Assembly (NCBI GenBank): GCA_000965745.1
Contig: CP009479.1
Span: forward strand, 64,001-128,000
Source of the DNA: an uncultured archaeon
GTDB lineage: Archaea > Thermoplasmatota > Thermoplasmata > Thermoplasmatales > Thermoplasmataceae
Length of the DNA stretch: 64,000 nucleotides
Reading direction: 5' to 3'
The notes beneath the pieces were generated by a model. That model was not told where the DNA came from. It was given only the letters and a program-made list of their open reading frames with translations, and ran no database searches. Shown piece by piece: positions 10,985-19,820 of this stretch. A program made the translations under genes and the position numbers. Positions within the stretch are counted from its first letter, which is position 1; each line of letters begins with the position of its first letter.

Positions 10985-11233
10985 TCAGAATATACCCATC
11001 CTACCTGCGACTTCGTCTGCAGAGTAGTCTTTTGTGAGTTTCACGATGGCTTTCTTTCCGTTCTTAGTAATCATGATGTTAACCTTTTCAACTTTTACGT
11101 CAAACCTTGCTTCGACTTCTTTTATGATGTCTTCTCTCCTGGCTTTTCTGTTCACCAGGAATGTGATCTTGTTTTCCTTTTCTGTCTGAAGGGTTGTTTT
11201 TTCTGTTGCGACGGGAGATATGATGATTTCCAT
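10985..11233 (-). CDS. rpl23: 50S ribosomal protein L23 (uL23)
   Basis: P..TEK...ENKITFLV...VKVEKVN...KKAIVKL. Confidence 0.97.
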   Translation of the reverse strand: MEIIISPVATEKTTLQTEKENKITFLVNRKARREDIIKEVEARFDVKVEKVNIMITKNGKKAIVKLTKDYSADEVAGRMGIF

Positions 11234-11998
11234 TTACTGTACCCCCTTGCCCACCTGCTTAAGTGCACTTTCCGTAAACACGACGAGTCTTCCTGCCTGG
11301 CCTCCGGGAGCAAGCTTCCTGATACTCAGGCTGTCCGGGGTTGCCACCTCGACACCTGGAAGGGACCTGTATGCCTTTAGCGAGTCTGCTGAAGTGCTGA
11401 CGAAGAGAATGCTTTTCGGCTGCTTGTACCTTCTTCCCCTCATAGTTCCTCTTCCAGCCCTGACTTTCTTTCCTTCCTTTGCCCTGATCAGGTCGTCAAG
11501 CAGTCCCACTGATTCAAGGAAATTTTCTACGTCCTTAGTCTTAGTGATCTTGGCAGCTGCGTCCTCAACTATAACTGGAAGGGTGATGCCTTCTGGAATC
11601 CTGTGCCCTCTCCTGGAAACTGCCTCATTTGATGCTGTCATTGCAAGGGCGCTCATTCTTGCAAGCTTCCTCTCTTTCTCGTTTATCTTCTTCGTGAGGA
11701 TTTTGGTGGTCCTTGGTGAGTGAGCGCTCTTTCCGCCCACCATTGATGCGAGTATTACACCCCTGGATGAACCTGATGTTCTTGGTATTCTCGACACGCC
11801 TCTTCCGGGCCCTGAGTTGTGGCCTACTCGCCTCATTCCTGCCCTTGGTGAGGACCCGTATGGGCTCCTGAGGGAAAGGGTAACTGCCCTGAAAGCCTTC
11901 CTGATGAGGTCTTCCCTTGGAGCAGTGTTGAACACTTCCGGAAGTTCGATCTTCTTTACCTTTTCTCCTTCAATTGAGTATAGATTTGATTTCAACAT
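11234..11998 (-). CDS. rpl4: 50S ribosomal protein L4 (uL4)
   Basis: GPGRGVSRIPR...KKINEKER...RAGRGTMRGRRY...LAPGGQAGRL. Confidence 0.97.
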   Translation of the reverse strand: MLKSNLYSIEGEKVKKIELPEVFNTAPREDLIRKAFRAVTLSLRSPYGSSPRAGMRRVGHNSGPGRGVSRIPRTSGSSRGVILASMVGGKSAHSPRTTKILTKKINEKERKLARMSALAMTASNEAVSRRGHRIPEGITLPVIVEDAAAKITKTKDVENFLESVGLLDDLIRAKEGKKVRAGRGTMRGRRYKQPKSILFVSTSADSLKAYRSLPGVEVATPDSLSIRKLAPGGQAGRLVVFTESALKQVGKGVQ

Positions 11999-12987
11999 TA
12001 ATCACCCTGCTTTGATTCCCTTGAAACATAGCTCAGTGTAAGCGAGTCCACTGAAGCAACTCTCTGCCTTGCCGGGTCTCTGAATTTGACAAGTCTCTTT
12101 GAAGGCCCCGGAACCGATCCGTGTATGAGGACGTAGTCGCTTCTGACTAGCCCGTATCCGGGGAAGCCTCCCTTGACATTGATATCATCCCCGTTGTCCT
12201 TTGGGGAATATCTTAGAACTCTCATGTTGTGGAACGTTCTCTGGTGTGTACCCATCTGGCCCGCCTGGGGCACAGTGTTTCTTACCCAGTCCGGGTGCCA
12301 TGGTCCCAGTGTTCCTATCATTCTTCTGTGCTTGCTGTTGTGTATATTCAATAGCTTTACACCGAATCTCTCGACATGGCCGGTGAAGCCTTTTCCTTTC
12401 GTGATTCCCGTGACGTCAACAAATTTTCCCTCGCCTGAAAATTCAGAGAAGCTGATTGACTTTCCAAGCTTTTCCTGGGCATACTTCAATTTTTCATCGT
12501 TTGTTGCGCCTGAGACGTTAATTTCAAAAATTTCCGGTGTTTTTGACGGAACACCCGTAACAACCTTCGGGTTTGTGCTTACTATGAGCCTTACACTGGA
12601 GAAGTCCTTCGGAACCTCCTTCTTCTTGTGTTCCTTTGCCTGTGGCTTTCTTCGTGCCAGGGACTTGTCCGGATTATCTGCCCACTGTTCATAAGCTACC
12701 TTCAGTCCTTCATAATCTTCCTTGTAGAGCCTTATGCCTACAACTGCAAGGGGAGGCACCTCTACGACTGTAACCGGAGCAACTATGCTCTGGCCTGCAG
12801 TAACGCTGGACTTCCTGTAGTCGACCATTTCAACATGGGTCATGCCTACCTTGTAACCGGCAAAGGCCTGTACCTTTGCCGGCCCTTCGGCTACCGGCCA
12901 GCTTCTTATGTCTCCCTGCATTCTCTTTGTGCGTACTCTGGGATAGTATCCTTTAGATCCTCTTCTAGGATGATGGGGCGTTGCCAT
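11998..12987 (-). CDS. rpl3: 50S ribosomal protein L3 (uL3)
   Basis: PRRGS..YYPR.R...GYKVGMTH...TKGKGF.G...PQAGQMG.HQRT...GSVPGP.KR. Confidence 0.98.
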   Translation of the reverse strand: MATPHHPRRGSKGYYPRVRTKRMQGDIRSWPVAEGPAKVQAFAGYKVGMTHVEMVDYRKSSVTAGQSIVAPVTVVEVPPLAVVGIRLYKEDYEGLKVAYEQWADNPDKSLARRKPQAKEHKKKEVPKDFSSVRLIVSTNPKVVTGVPSKTPEIFEINVSGATNDEKLKYAQEKLGKSISFSEFSGEGKFVDVTGITKGKGFTGHVERFGVKLLNIHNSKHRRMIGTLGPWHPDWVRNTVPQAGQMGTHQRTFHNMRVLRYSPKDNGDDINVKGGFPGYGLVRSDYVLIHGSVPGPSKRLVKFRDPARQRVASVDSLTLSYVSRESKQGD

Positions 12988-12993
12988 TACGTA

Positions 12994-13090
12994 TCACCTG
13001 CAAACCGTTACACCTGTTTCTGGCAATGAGAAAGACATTGCCGAACAAGGGATGCCACATTATGCATTGCCCTGAGTGTATGGTGTTGCC
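12994..13090 (-). promoter_or_regulatory. Structured 5' leader of the r-protein superoperon (candidate r-leader) ending at the SD AGGUGA
   Basis: TATA-like TTTAAATA at 13113-13120 (minus strand); three nested helices found by eye (see findings). Confidence 0.6.
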
Positions 13091-13201
13091 TGAAAAGGAT
13101 AACTTACCACTCTATTTAAAGATTTATAACTGCACTTTCCGCCGGGATAGGCGGTACGATGGAATATTGGATATCCCTCTGATTGGTATGCTGGAAGGAG
13201 T

Positions 13202-14416
13202 TCATCCTTTTCCTCCCGCCGGCATAACTTCCCCTTTTTTCATGGCTGGACCTACTTTCCTTATTGTGGTCGACAAGTAGAGTATAACCGAGACGAAACC
13301 AGGGGCTGTGACCGTAGTCCATATGAGGAACGGATTCAGGGTCGCAGTTATTACTATGCCCCCGATGAGAGGGCCTATGGAGTATCCGACTGAGTTGAAC
13401 GAGTTGTAAACGCCCATGTTGGCTCCAATCCGCTTTTTGGCAGATATTCCTGACACAATTGCAGATCCGCTCGGATCGAGGAAGTCTTCACCTAATGTTA
13501 TGATTGCCTCTGAAACGATGAACTGTGGAACAGTTGAGTCGAAAGCAAATGAGAAAACTCCAATCGAGAAAAACAGTAGTCCGAGCAGGTATCCCCTTGC
13601 AACACCTATCCTCCCTATTGCCTTAGTCACAGGGTATTGCATCAGGACCACGAGGATTCCATTGGATGTGAACACCAGACCAATCTGTGCAGTCGTGAGA
13701 TTCCTTACAATTGACGCATAGTTCGGAAGAGTCACGGTGTCCTGTGCAAGCAGTATTGTGAGCAGAAGGCTTGAGAACGAGAGCATGATTATCGTCCTGT
13801 TCACTGTACGGAAACGGAATTTGCGTTGTGGTTCCTCTTCGCCTGTTTCAGTAGGATGATCTCCTACAGGCTTGAAGATCAGGGATAGTACCAGCCCTGC
13901 AAGAATCGAGAGGAATGCCGAAAGGTAAATCACGGGATAGCCGAATCCGAGTATCAGGAATCCTGCAACAGCGGGGCCTATTGCTGTTCCTACGTTCAGG
14001 GCCACTCTTGTGATCGTGAAGCCGACAACCCTGTCACGGGTCGATGTTGCGACAAGCGCACCAAATGAAGGGAAGCTTCCCCAAAGCGAGGCAGCGAGGA
14101 TCAGAAACAGGAGAGAGAAAATGACTACGTTGTGCACTGAATGTGCAACATAATAGAGACCGATGAGGGATGCGGCTCCAATTGAATACATCGTTACAAG
14201 TACAGGTTTGTGGCCTATCCTGTCTCCAAGCCTTCCTGTGTAGATCTGGAGTACGGCGCCTGAGAGGTTTGAGAGCGTAAACACAACGCCAATCAGGGTG
14301 AAATCCAACTTGAATTCTGCGTGCATAAATAATGAAGTGAATGACTCTACCGAGTACAGTGCAAAACCGAAAAACCCCAGGATAAGGGAGAGGGTGATTA
14401 TCCTTGGCAGAGCCAT
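13202..14416 (-). CDS. MFS transporter
   Basis: GRLGDRIGHK motif A; ~12 hydrophobic segments. Confidence 0.9.
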   Translation of the reverse strand: MALPRIITLSLILGFFGFALYSVESFTSLFMHAEFKLDFTLIGVVFTLSNLSGAVLQIYTGRLGDRIGHKPVLVTMYSIGAASLIGLYYVAHSVHNVVIFSLLFLILAASLWGSFPSFGALVATSTRDRVVGFTITRVALNVGTAIGPAVAGFLILGFGYPVIYLSAFLSILAGLVLSLIFKPVGDHPTETGEEEPQRKFRFRTVNRTIIMLSFSSLLLTILLAQDTVTLPNYASIVRNLTTAQIGLVFTSNGILVVLMQYPVTKAIGRIGVARGYLLGLLFFSIGVFSFAFDSTVPQFIVSEAIITLGEDFLDPSGSAIVSGISAKKRIGANMGVYNSFNSVGYSIGPLIGGIVITATLNPFLIWTTVTAPGFVSVILYLSTTIRKVGPAMKKGEVMPAGGKG

Positions 14417-14609
14417 CTACCCATATACTGTACTGCCTATTTTAGTCGATTGGCTAAACTTTCCCGATCGAGAGATCGTGTTTTGGTTTGGACTCGGTGT
14501 TTCCTGGACACCAACTGGTTGAGAATTTAAATGATTTTCTTCAATAAACATGAAATGTGTTATGAACCGACTGCAATAATTATAAATTAGTAAGGTATTT
14601 AGGGGCAGT

Positions 14610-14683
14610 GGGTCCGTAGCTTAGCCAGGTAGAGCGATGGACTCTTAATCCATAGGTCGGGGGTTCGAACCCCCTCGGACCCG
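14610..14683 (+). tRNA. tRNA-Lys (CTT)
   Basis: Acceptor stem GGGTCCG/CGGACCC; anticodon arm ATGGA-CTCTTAA-TCCAT; T-arm GGGG-TTCGAAC-CCCC. Confidence 0.97.
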
Positions 14684-14965
14684 CTTGACTCCTGCTTACT
14701 TCCGTGAACATGTTAAATTGCTGATTTATGTTGAAAATGGGGAATTATTCTATCTTTCACTTTTATCATAAGATAAACTTGAATTAACATAGGATTGTTG
14801 AAGTTGTGTTAATGGCTTAAACAAAATCAAATAAAGTGGCAAGGTAAATTTCCGATGTGACTTCAGACTGGTTCATCCAATAATCGTCAAAAATTGCTCT
14901 GACAAATTTTTGAAAGAAATTTTAGTCAAAATGAGTTAATTTCTCCATTACAATACTATTTTTGG

Positions 14966-15625
14966 ATGACAGAATTGCCTCTTTACAGAATCCTGAAGGA
15001 CCTAACCAGACAGAAGATCCTAAGGCTGATCGGGGAGAAGGGGAACGCATCATACACAGACATACTTACACATCTTAATGTCAGCACTGGCAAGCTTAAT
15101 TATCATCTAAAAGTACTGGCTCCTTTCCTTCTCAAAAGCAGCGAAGGGTATTCATTGAATGAGACAGGGGAAAATGCATATTCTGTCCTAATGAAGTTCC
15201 AAAAAGTCCAGAATGGTAATGACAAGTTTTACAGGCCCCTGCCATGGGTGCTTGTTTCTTTGTCATTAGTGTTCTTGTTGATGCCAAATATTCATGTTCA
15301 AATTGTTGGGGTGGCTGCATTGTTTATGGGAATATTTTTCTTTTACAACTCTGGTATTACAAGAATGAGAACTTGGGAACTTCTGGCTGTTTTATCCATA
15401 GCACTGGTAGCAGGGTCCTATGGTGCGCTGCCTCAGTTACTGGTGTACTGTCCAAGTAGATTCAGTTTTGGAGTGCTTTATTCACCTTTGCTACCCATTA
15501 TATATTCCACTGTTCTTTTTGCCACTTTGTTGTCAACAACCCATGGGGAATGGATGCAGAAAGAATGGCGTGCTTTTGCTGAAGACGAAGAGGCGAAAGC
15601 AGAAGCAGCCGAAAAAGCATCATGA
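14966..15625 (+). CDS. ArsR-like winged-helix regulator fused to transmembrane segments
   Basis: TRQKILRLI...SYTDI...STGKLNYHLKVL...YSL...G followed by ~4 TM helices. Confidence 0.75.
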   Translation: MTELPLYRILKDLTRQKILRLIGEKGNASYTDILTHLNVSTGKLNYHLKVLAPFLLKSSEGYSLNETGENAYSVLMKFQKVQNGNDKFYRPLPWVLVSLSLVFLLMPNIHVQIVGVAALFMGIFFFYNSGITRMRTWELLAVLSIALVAGSYGALPQLLVYCPSRFSFGVLYSPLLPIIYSTVLFATLLSTTHGEWMQKEWRAFAEDEEAKAEAAEKAS

Positions 15626-15715
15626 AACTGAACAATTTGACCTGGCAAATCAAGTTTCACCCATATCATGTTTAAATAGAATAGTTTTAAGCCAGCGGGT
15701 TTTATATACATTGCG

Positions 15716-15988
15716 ATGTATAATATTGCGGTCCTTATATCAGGGGTCTCAATTGCCGTTTCCATATTTCTCTTAATAGTAACATTCGCGACCAAAAGGC
15801 GAATAAGAGCAAAAATTCTTTCATACATAGGTGGAGTCTTCGTAGTAGTTCTTATATCAAACGTGGTGTACGTGCTTCAAACATTCTCATTATTTCCCGG
15901 CACCGGACATCAGGTGGAATTTTTTCTTGCTGTAGAGCTGATCATACTTCTGTTATTCTACGCAGGTATCGCGAGGGGAATAGGATAA
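15716..15988 (+). CDS. Small 3-TM membrane protein
   Basis: Three hydrophobic helices; stop codon abuts the start of the next gene. Confidence 0.7.
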   Translation: MYNIAVLISGVSIAVSIFLLIVTFATKRRIRAKILSYIGGVFVVVLISNVVYVLQTFSLFPGTGHQVEFFLAVELIILLLFYAGIARGIG

Positions 15989-16504
15989 GTGAGTGAACAG
16001 CTGTCCACAAGGGATTCAATAATCAACATAATTGTTGAAAACCCGGGAATTCATTTCCGGGGGATACAGAGGAGGTCAGGCCTTGCCGTCGGGCAACTTG
16101 AATATCACCTCTATCAACTCGAGAAAGACGCAAATATTTCCATCCGTGAGGACGGAAACGTGAAAAGGTACTTCCACGCAAACAGCGGGAGCTACCTGGA
16201 AAGGCAGATACTTTTTTATATCAGGAGCAACGTTGGCAGGGATGTTCTTCAGAAACTGTCTAGATCAGAGTTTATCCCTCTCCAGACTCTATTGAAGGCA
16301 AGCAAGGCAAAACAGGAGAGGAGGAAGAATATCATAGGGGATATGGAGAAAGAGGGGATAATAGAGATTTTCAAAAATCTGGGAGTGACCCAGGTGAGAT
16401 TAAAAGATAAGCCAAAACTGGTTGAACTAGCCAGGAAATATCGCGAGAGTATCCTAGGTTCGCTATCTGAGAACTTCATTTCCATCCTCGATGAGGATCT
16501 CTGA
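15989..16504 (+). CDS. Winged helix-turn-helix transcriptional regulator (archaeal double-wHTH type)
   Basis: I.ENPGIHFRGIQR...LAVGQLEYHL..LE...RYF. Confidence 0.85.
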   Translation: MSEQLSTRDSIINIIVENPGIHFRGIQRRSGLAVGQLEYHLYQLEKDANISIREDGNVKRYFHANSGSYLERQILFYIRSNVGRDVLQKLSRSEFIPLQTLLKASKAKQERRKNIIGDMEKEGIIEIFKNLGVTQVRLKDKPKLVELARKYRESILGSLSENFISILDEDL

Positions 16505-17656
16505 TCAGAAACGGCGCTTACGGTAGACTGAGTACACAGCGCTGCCTATCAGGACTGAGCCAAATGCAATCCCGGTGGATAAGGACTCAATGTTGATCAT
16601 CACATAATTGACTATCGCACCTTCGACCTTTTTCACTATCGGGTTCTTGAATATCGGAGCCCCGGAAATTCCTATGTACGGGTCCTGGTAAACGCTCTTA
16701 AGCGAAGTGCTGTTGTTAAAGGCAAAGTCGAACATAATGTAAATGCCCCCATCTGATAAGGCAACAGTTGAAGAGAGATTCTGCTTTACGCCATTCAGGT
16801 CGAAAATGCTGTTCCACCAGTAGAATGCATTGACCGTGCCATTGCCCGAGTTATTATGCCCTGTTGGTATCTGAATGCCCTGGCTGTTATCGTGGAGCTT
16901 TTTGGAATTGTCGTGTACAATACTTCCGAAATAGTACCTATCAGCACTGTTGGTTTCGTTTGAAGACTTGATCAGCTGAACAAGTTCCAGATTTCCCGGC
17001 CCTTTCACCGGATTCTGGAACGTCACTGAAATGGTTATTTCGAGCATAGAATACTGAGGAAACGAGAAATTCTGGGATTCCGCTGAGGAATTTCTTACGC
17101 TCATGTTCGAGAGCGAATAATTTAGTGCCTTCAGGTTGATAACAACATTCGCATCAGTAGTGTTATGTGTGATGCCCTCAGGAGGGCTTCCCCCGTGCGA
17201 GCCGTGAGTGGAATTCAGTGGTGGGTTACCGCTTGAGGAATTATTGCCACTCCCATTCTTTCCTTGGGCCCCTCCGTTTCCCTGTGAGTATATTGAGACA
17301 CCGGGAAGTCCCTGTGAGTTGTCAGGCAGGAACCTGACGTCGGAAGCATAGCTGTATGTTCCGTTGTTGCCGGTGGTAAAATTCCACTTTTCATGGTTGA
17401 AGGTGGCCACGTATGAGCCATTGGGTGTTTTGAGAATGAGGCCTATATAAGAGAGGTTGTAATAGACACCACCCGACATGTTCAGCGTAATGCTGGGAAA
17501 AGGTTGAGCCTCAACATGAGATGTCTGGTCTTCAGCAGCGGCAACCCCCGAAGAAAAAGCCATCAACATTACCGCTGCTACCAGCGCCGCCGGGAGTATC
17601 TTCACCAAAAAACAATCATTGAATACATAAAACATTATTGGTACATATTCAGGCAA
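16505..17656 (-). CDS. Secreted, C-terminally membrane-anchored hypothetical protein
   Basis: Signal peptide-like N-terminus, Asn/Ser-rich with many NxS/T sequons, C-terminal TM plus RKRRF; start uncertain (probably ~17605). Confidence 0.75.
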   Translation of the reverse strand: MPEYVPIMFYVFNDCFLVKILPAALVAAVMLMAFSSGVAAAEDQTSHVEAQPFPSITLNMSGGVYYNLSYIGLILKTPNGSYVATFNHEKWNFTTGNNGTYSYASDVRFLPDNSQGLPGVSIYSQGNGGAQGKNGSGNNSSSGNPPLNSTHGSHGGSPPEGITHNTTDANVVINLKALNYSLSNMSVRNSSAESQNFSFPQYSMLEITISVTFQNPVKGPGNLELVQLIKSSNETNSADRYYFGSIVHDNSKKLHDNSQGIQIPTGHNNSGNGTVNAFYWWNSIFDLNGVKQNLSSTVALSDGGIYIMFDFAFNNSTSLKSVYQDPYIGISGAPIFKNPIVKKVEGAIVNYVMINIESLSTGIAFGSVLIGSAVYSVYRKRRF

Positions 17657-17909
17657 AAGTTACGTTGAACCTTTTAAATTAGGCATCCGAGGATTCATCG
17701 CTTCTTGGAGTCTGGAGATCTGGTCACCCAGCATTGTCTATGTTACAAGCTATAATGTGAAGAAAGTCAGCATTGTGGTTGACCGCCATGAAACCCCTCC
17801 GTACGCGTATTAGGCTCCACATTCTCCCCTGGCTTGAGGCGGATAGAAAACTGGAAAGATATGATCAGGATCAGTAACTGCGAACTGTGCTGAGAAATAA
17901 TTGCGGGAA

Positions 17910-18317
17910 TCAGGCCATATCAGGGGAAGAATGAAGTAAAATGTTCCCGGTAGAAGATGCTTTGTAGCTGACATCATTGGCTACGCCTCTTATCAGGTTA
18001 GCCCTTTCAGGACCGAAGAGGTCAAGAAGTTCCTTGTCTGTAAACATGGAAAGAGCTTTCAACAGCCTTGAATGTGTTTTTCTAACAGCCGAACTGAATA
18101 CGACTTCTTCAGGAGACACTGAGATTCCCTCTGACCACACATCCGTGACCCTTAGGGCAAGAGAGAGCCAACTCTTGAAGTGCTGAAGGTCCTCGGGCTG
18201 CAACAATGAATCCGGAGTGTCAGGATCAATTTTTTCCACCTTTTCCTTGCCACGAGGTTTTTTTGTAAGGCCCTTTATCCAGTCTTCTATTATTCCAACG
18301 AAGATTTGTCCTTCCAT
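17910..18317 (-). CDS. Hypothetical protein, copy A of an unrecognised three-member family
   Basis: Aligns with 53688-54062 and 52685-53068. Confidence 0.75.
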   Translation of the reverse strand: MEGQIFVGIIEDWIKGLTKKPRGKEKVEKIDPDTPDSLLQPEDLQHFKSWLSLALRVTDVWSEGISVSPEEVVFSSAVRKTHSRLLKALSMFTDKELLDLFGPERANLIRGVANDVSYKASSTGNILLHSSPDMA

Positions 18318-18497
18318 TAACTGTGTTACATGTAAACTATACTATACGTTTATGGTACAAGTTTGGACAATTTGCTTGGATATGCCTTAAAATAGGTTAT
18401 TATTACATTTTAAGAATTATTTTATTCTTATGGACACACTGCCTGACAGGAATTTCCCGTTTCAAAAAAGTGCGTTCTCAAATAAGATCAGCCTCCC

Positions 18498-19160
18498 TCA
18501 CCTCTTGCCCTCAAGATGCACAACTTTTTTTCCCCTCTTGTCCCAAGAAGGCTTTTCCACCAACACCACTCTTATCGGGACATAGCGTGCAATGATGGCT
18601 AAAATCAGGTAAAACAAGAACCAGATTACCACATCATACGCCAATTTCATCGCCTCGAGTGAATAGCCCCCAGTGGACGGCGAATAAAAGTTATCAAAGA
18701 AACTGAATCCAAAGATCAGATAATGATACGGAGCACCCATCCCCACAATAGCCGTGCTTCCATGGGAGTTAAGGAAGATGTTGGACACCACCGACAAAGT
18801 AGCCGCTGTGAATATACCCGAAAATGCTATGGATAATGCAGCAAGCCCCTTCAGGCTCAACCTTCTTGAGAGCCTTGCCATCCAAACAACTGTTGTTATC
18901 CCTGCGAGCCAGAAAATTGTTTCAGTGAGGTACAGCTGCACTTTGTACCAGGCATCTGGCATTAACGGGTAAAGGAAGCGCATAAAAGGATGAGCAAGAT
19001 AGAAATAATATTCAAAAACAAGAGTCAGATTGTCGAGGAAAGTTATAATAGCTGCAGCTGCCAATGAAAAGACGACTATAGCCAATCTCGGATGAGAATG
19101 GATAAATGATCTAAGAACCATTTGTGTTTGATTTGTTTTTTGGACGCCCATATGGATCAT
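18498..19160 (-). CDS. Hypothetical membrane protein (~4 TM)
   Basis: Hydrophobic segments; ATGA overlap with the upstream HNH gene. Confidence 0.65.
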   Translation of the reverse strand: MIHMGVQKTNQTQMVLRSFIHSHPRLAIVVFSLAAAAIITFLDNLTLVFEYYFYLAHPFMRFLYPLMPDAWYKVQLYLTETIFWLAGITTVVWMARLSRRLSLKGLAALSIAFSGIFTAATLSVVSNIFLNSHGSTAIVGMGAPYHYLIFGFSFFDNFYSPSTGGYSLEAMKLAYDVVIWFLFYLILAIIARYVPIRVVLVEKPSWDKRGKKVVHLEGKR

Positions 19161-19654
19161 TTCCTCTTGGCAGGTATGAAAGGCTTAAGATCTGTTACAT
19201 TATTTGCCAGATTATCCAGAGAATCTCGCATCTTATGCCAGTCATAGCTGTATTTGAGATAGATCCCAATGGGAATTCTTGGTAGCGAACTTTCGTCCCT
19301 TCCAAGAATGTTTATCCACCAGTCTACAAGATCATTATCCTTCTTTGACGAATTGCAGTGTTTGCAGGATCTAACGACGTTCTGCATGCGGTCTGGACCG
19401 TCATAGTTTCTCGGAATAACATGATCGTTACTGTCTGCTTGCCCGCCGCAATATACGCATTCGGGGGTTGTTCGCATCTGAACCCTTATCTCACCATCCC
19501 GATCTGCCATGTGGATTTTCCCAGCCTTCAGGAGATTATATCTTTGAATTATGAACCCCCATTGGTCCATTTTTCCAGCTGCTCGTGCGATAACCAACCA
19601 TGCATAATAGTAGTATATAACGTCCGATATCGTTTTCACATTCCTGGGAGGCAT
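19157..19654 (-). CDS. HNH endonuclease
   Basis: CVYCG...DHVIP...G....NVVRSCKHCNSSK. Confidence 0.9.
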   Translation of the reverse strand: MPPRNVKTISDVIYYYYAWLVIARAAGKMDQWGFIIQRYNLLKAGKIHMADRDGEIRVQMRTTPECVYCGGQADSNDHVIPRNYDGPDRMQNVVRSCKHCNSSKKDNDLVDWWINILGRDESSLPRIPIGIYLKYSYDWHKMRDSLDNLANNVTDLKPFIPAKRK

Positions 19655-19820
19655 TACATATCGTCACAATAAAGTAAACATAGTAAATATAAATTTTTCT
19701 AAATGGAAATCGAGGTACCATAGAAAGAGGTTCATTGACGGTTGGATGACCGCACAGAAGAACTATATGACAGATAATGACAAAATTATTACTTGTTCAT
19801 GTATGCTATCAAGTATCTGA

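Noticed and set aside
1-13000. Numerous plus-strand ORFs of 60-170 aa over the ribosomal operon
   Set aside because: Antisense shadows of well-conserved genes, with no motifs
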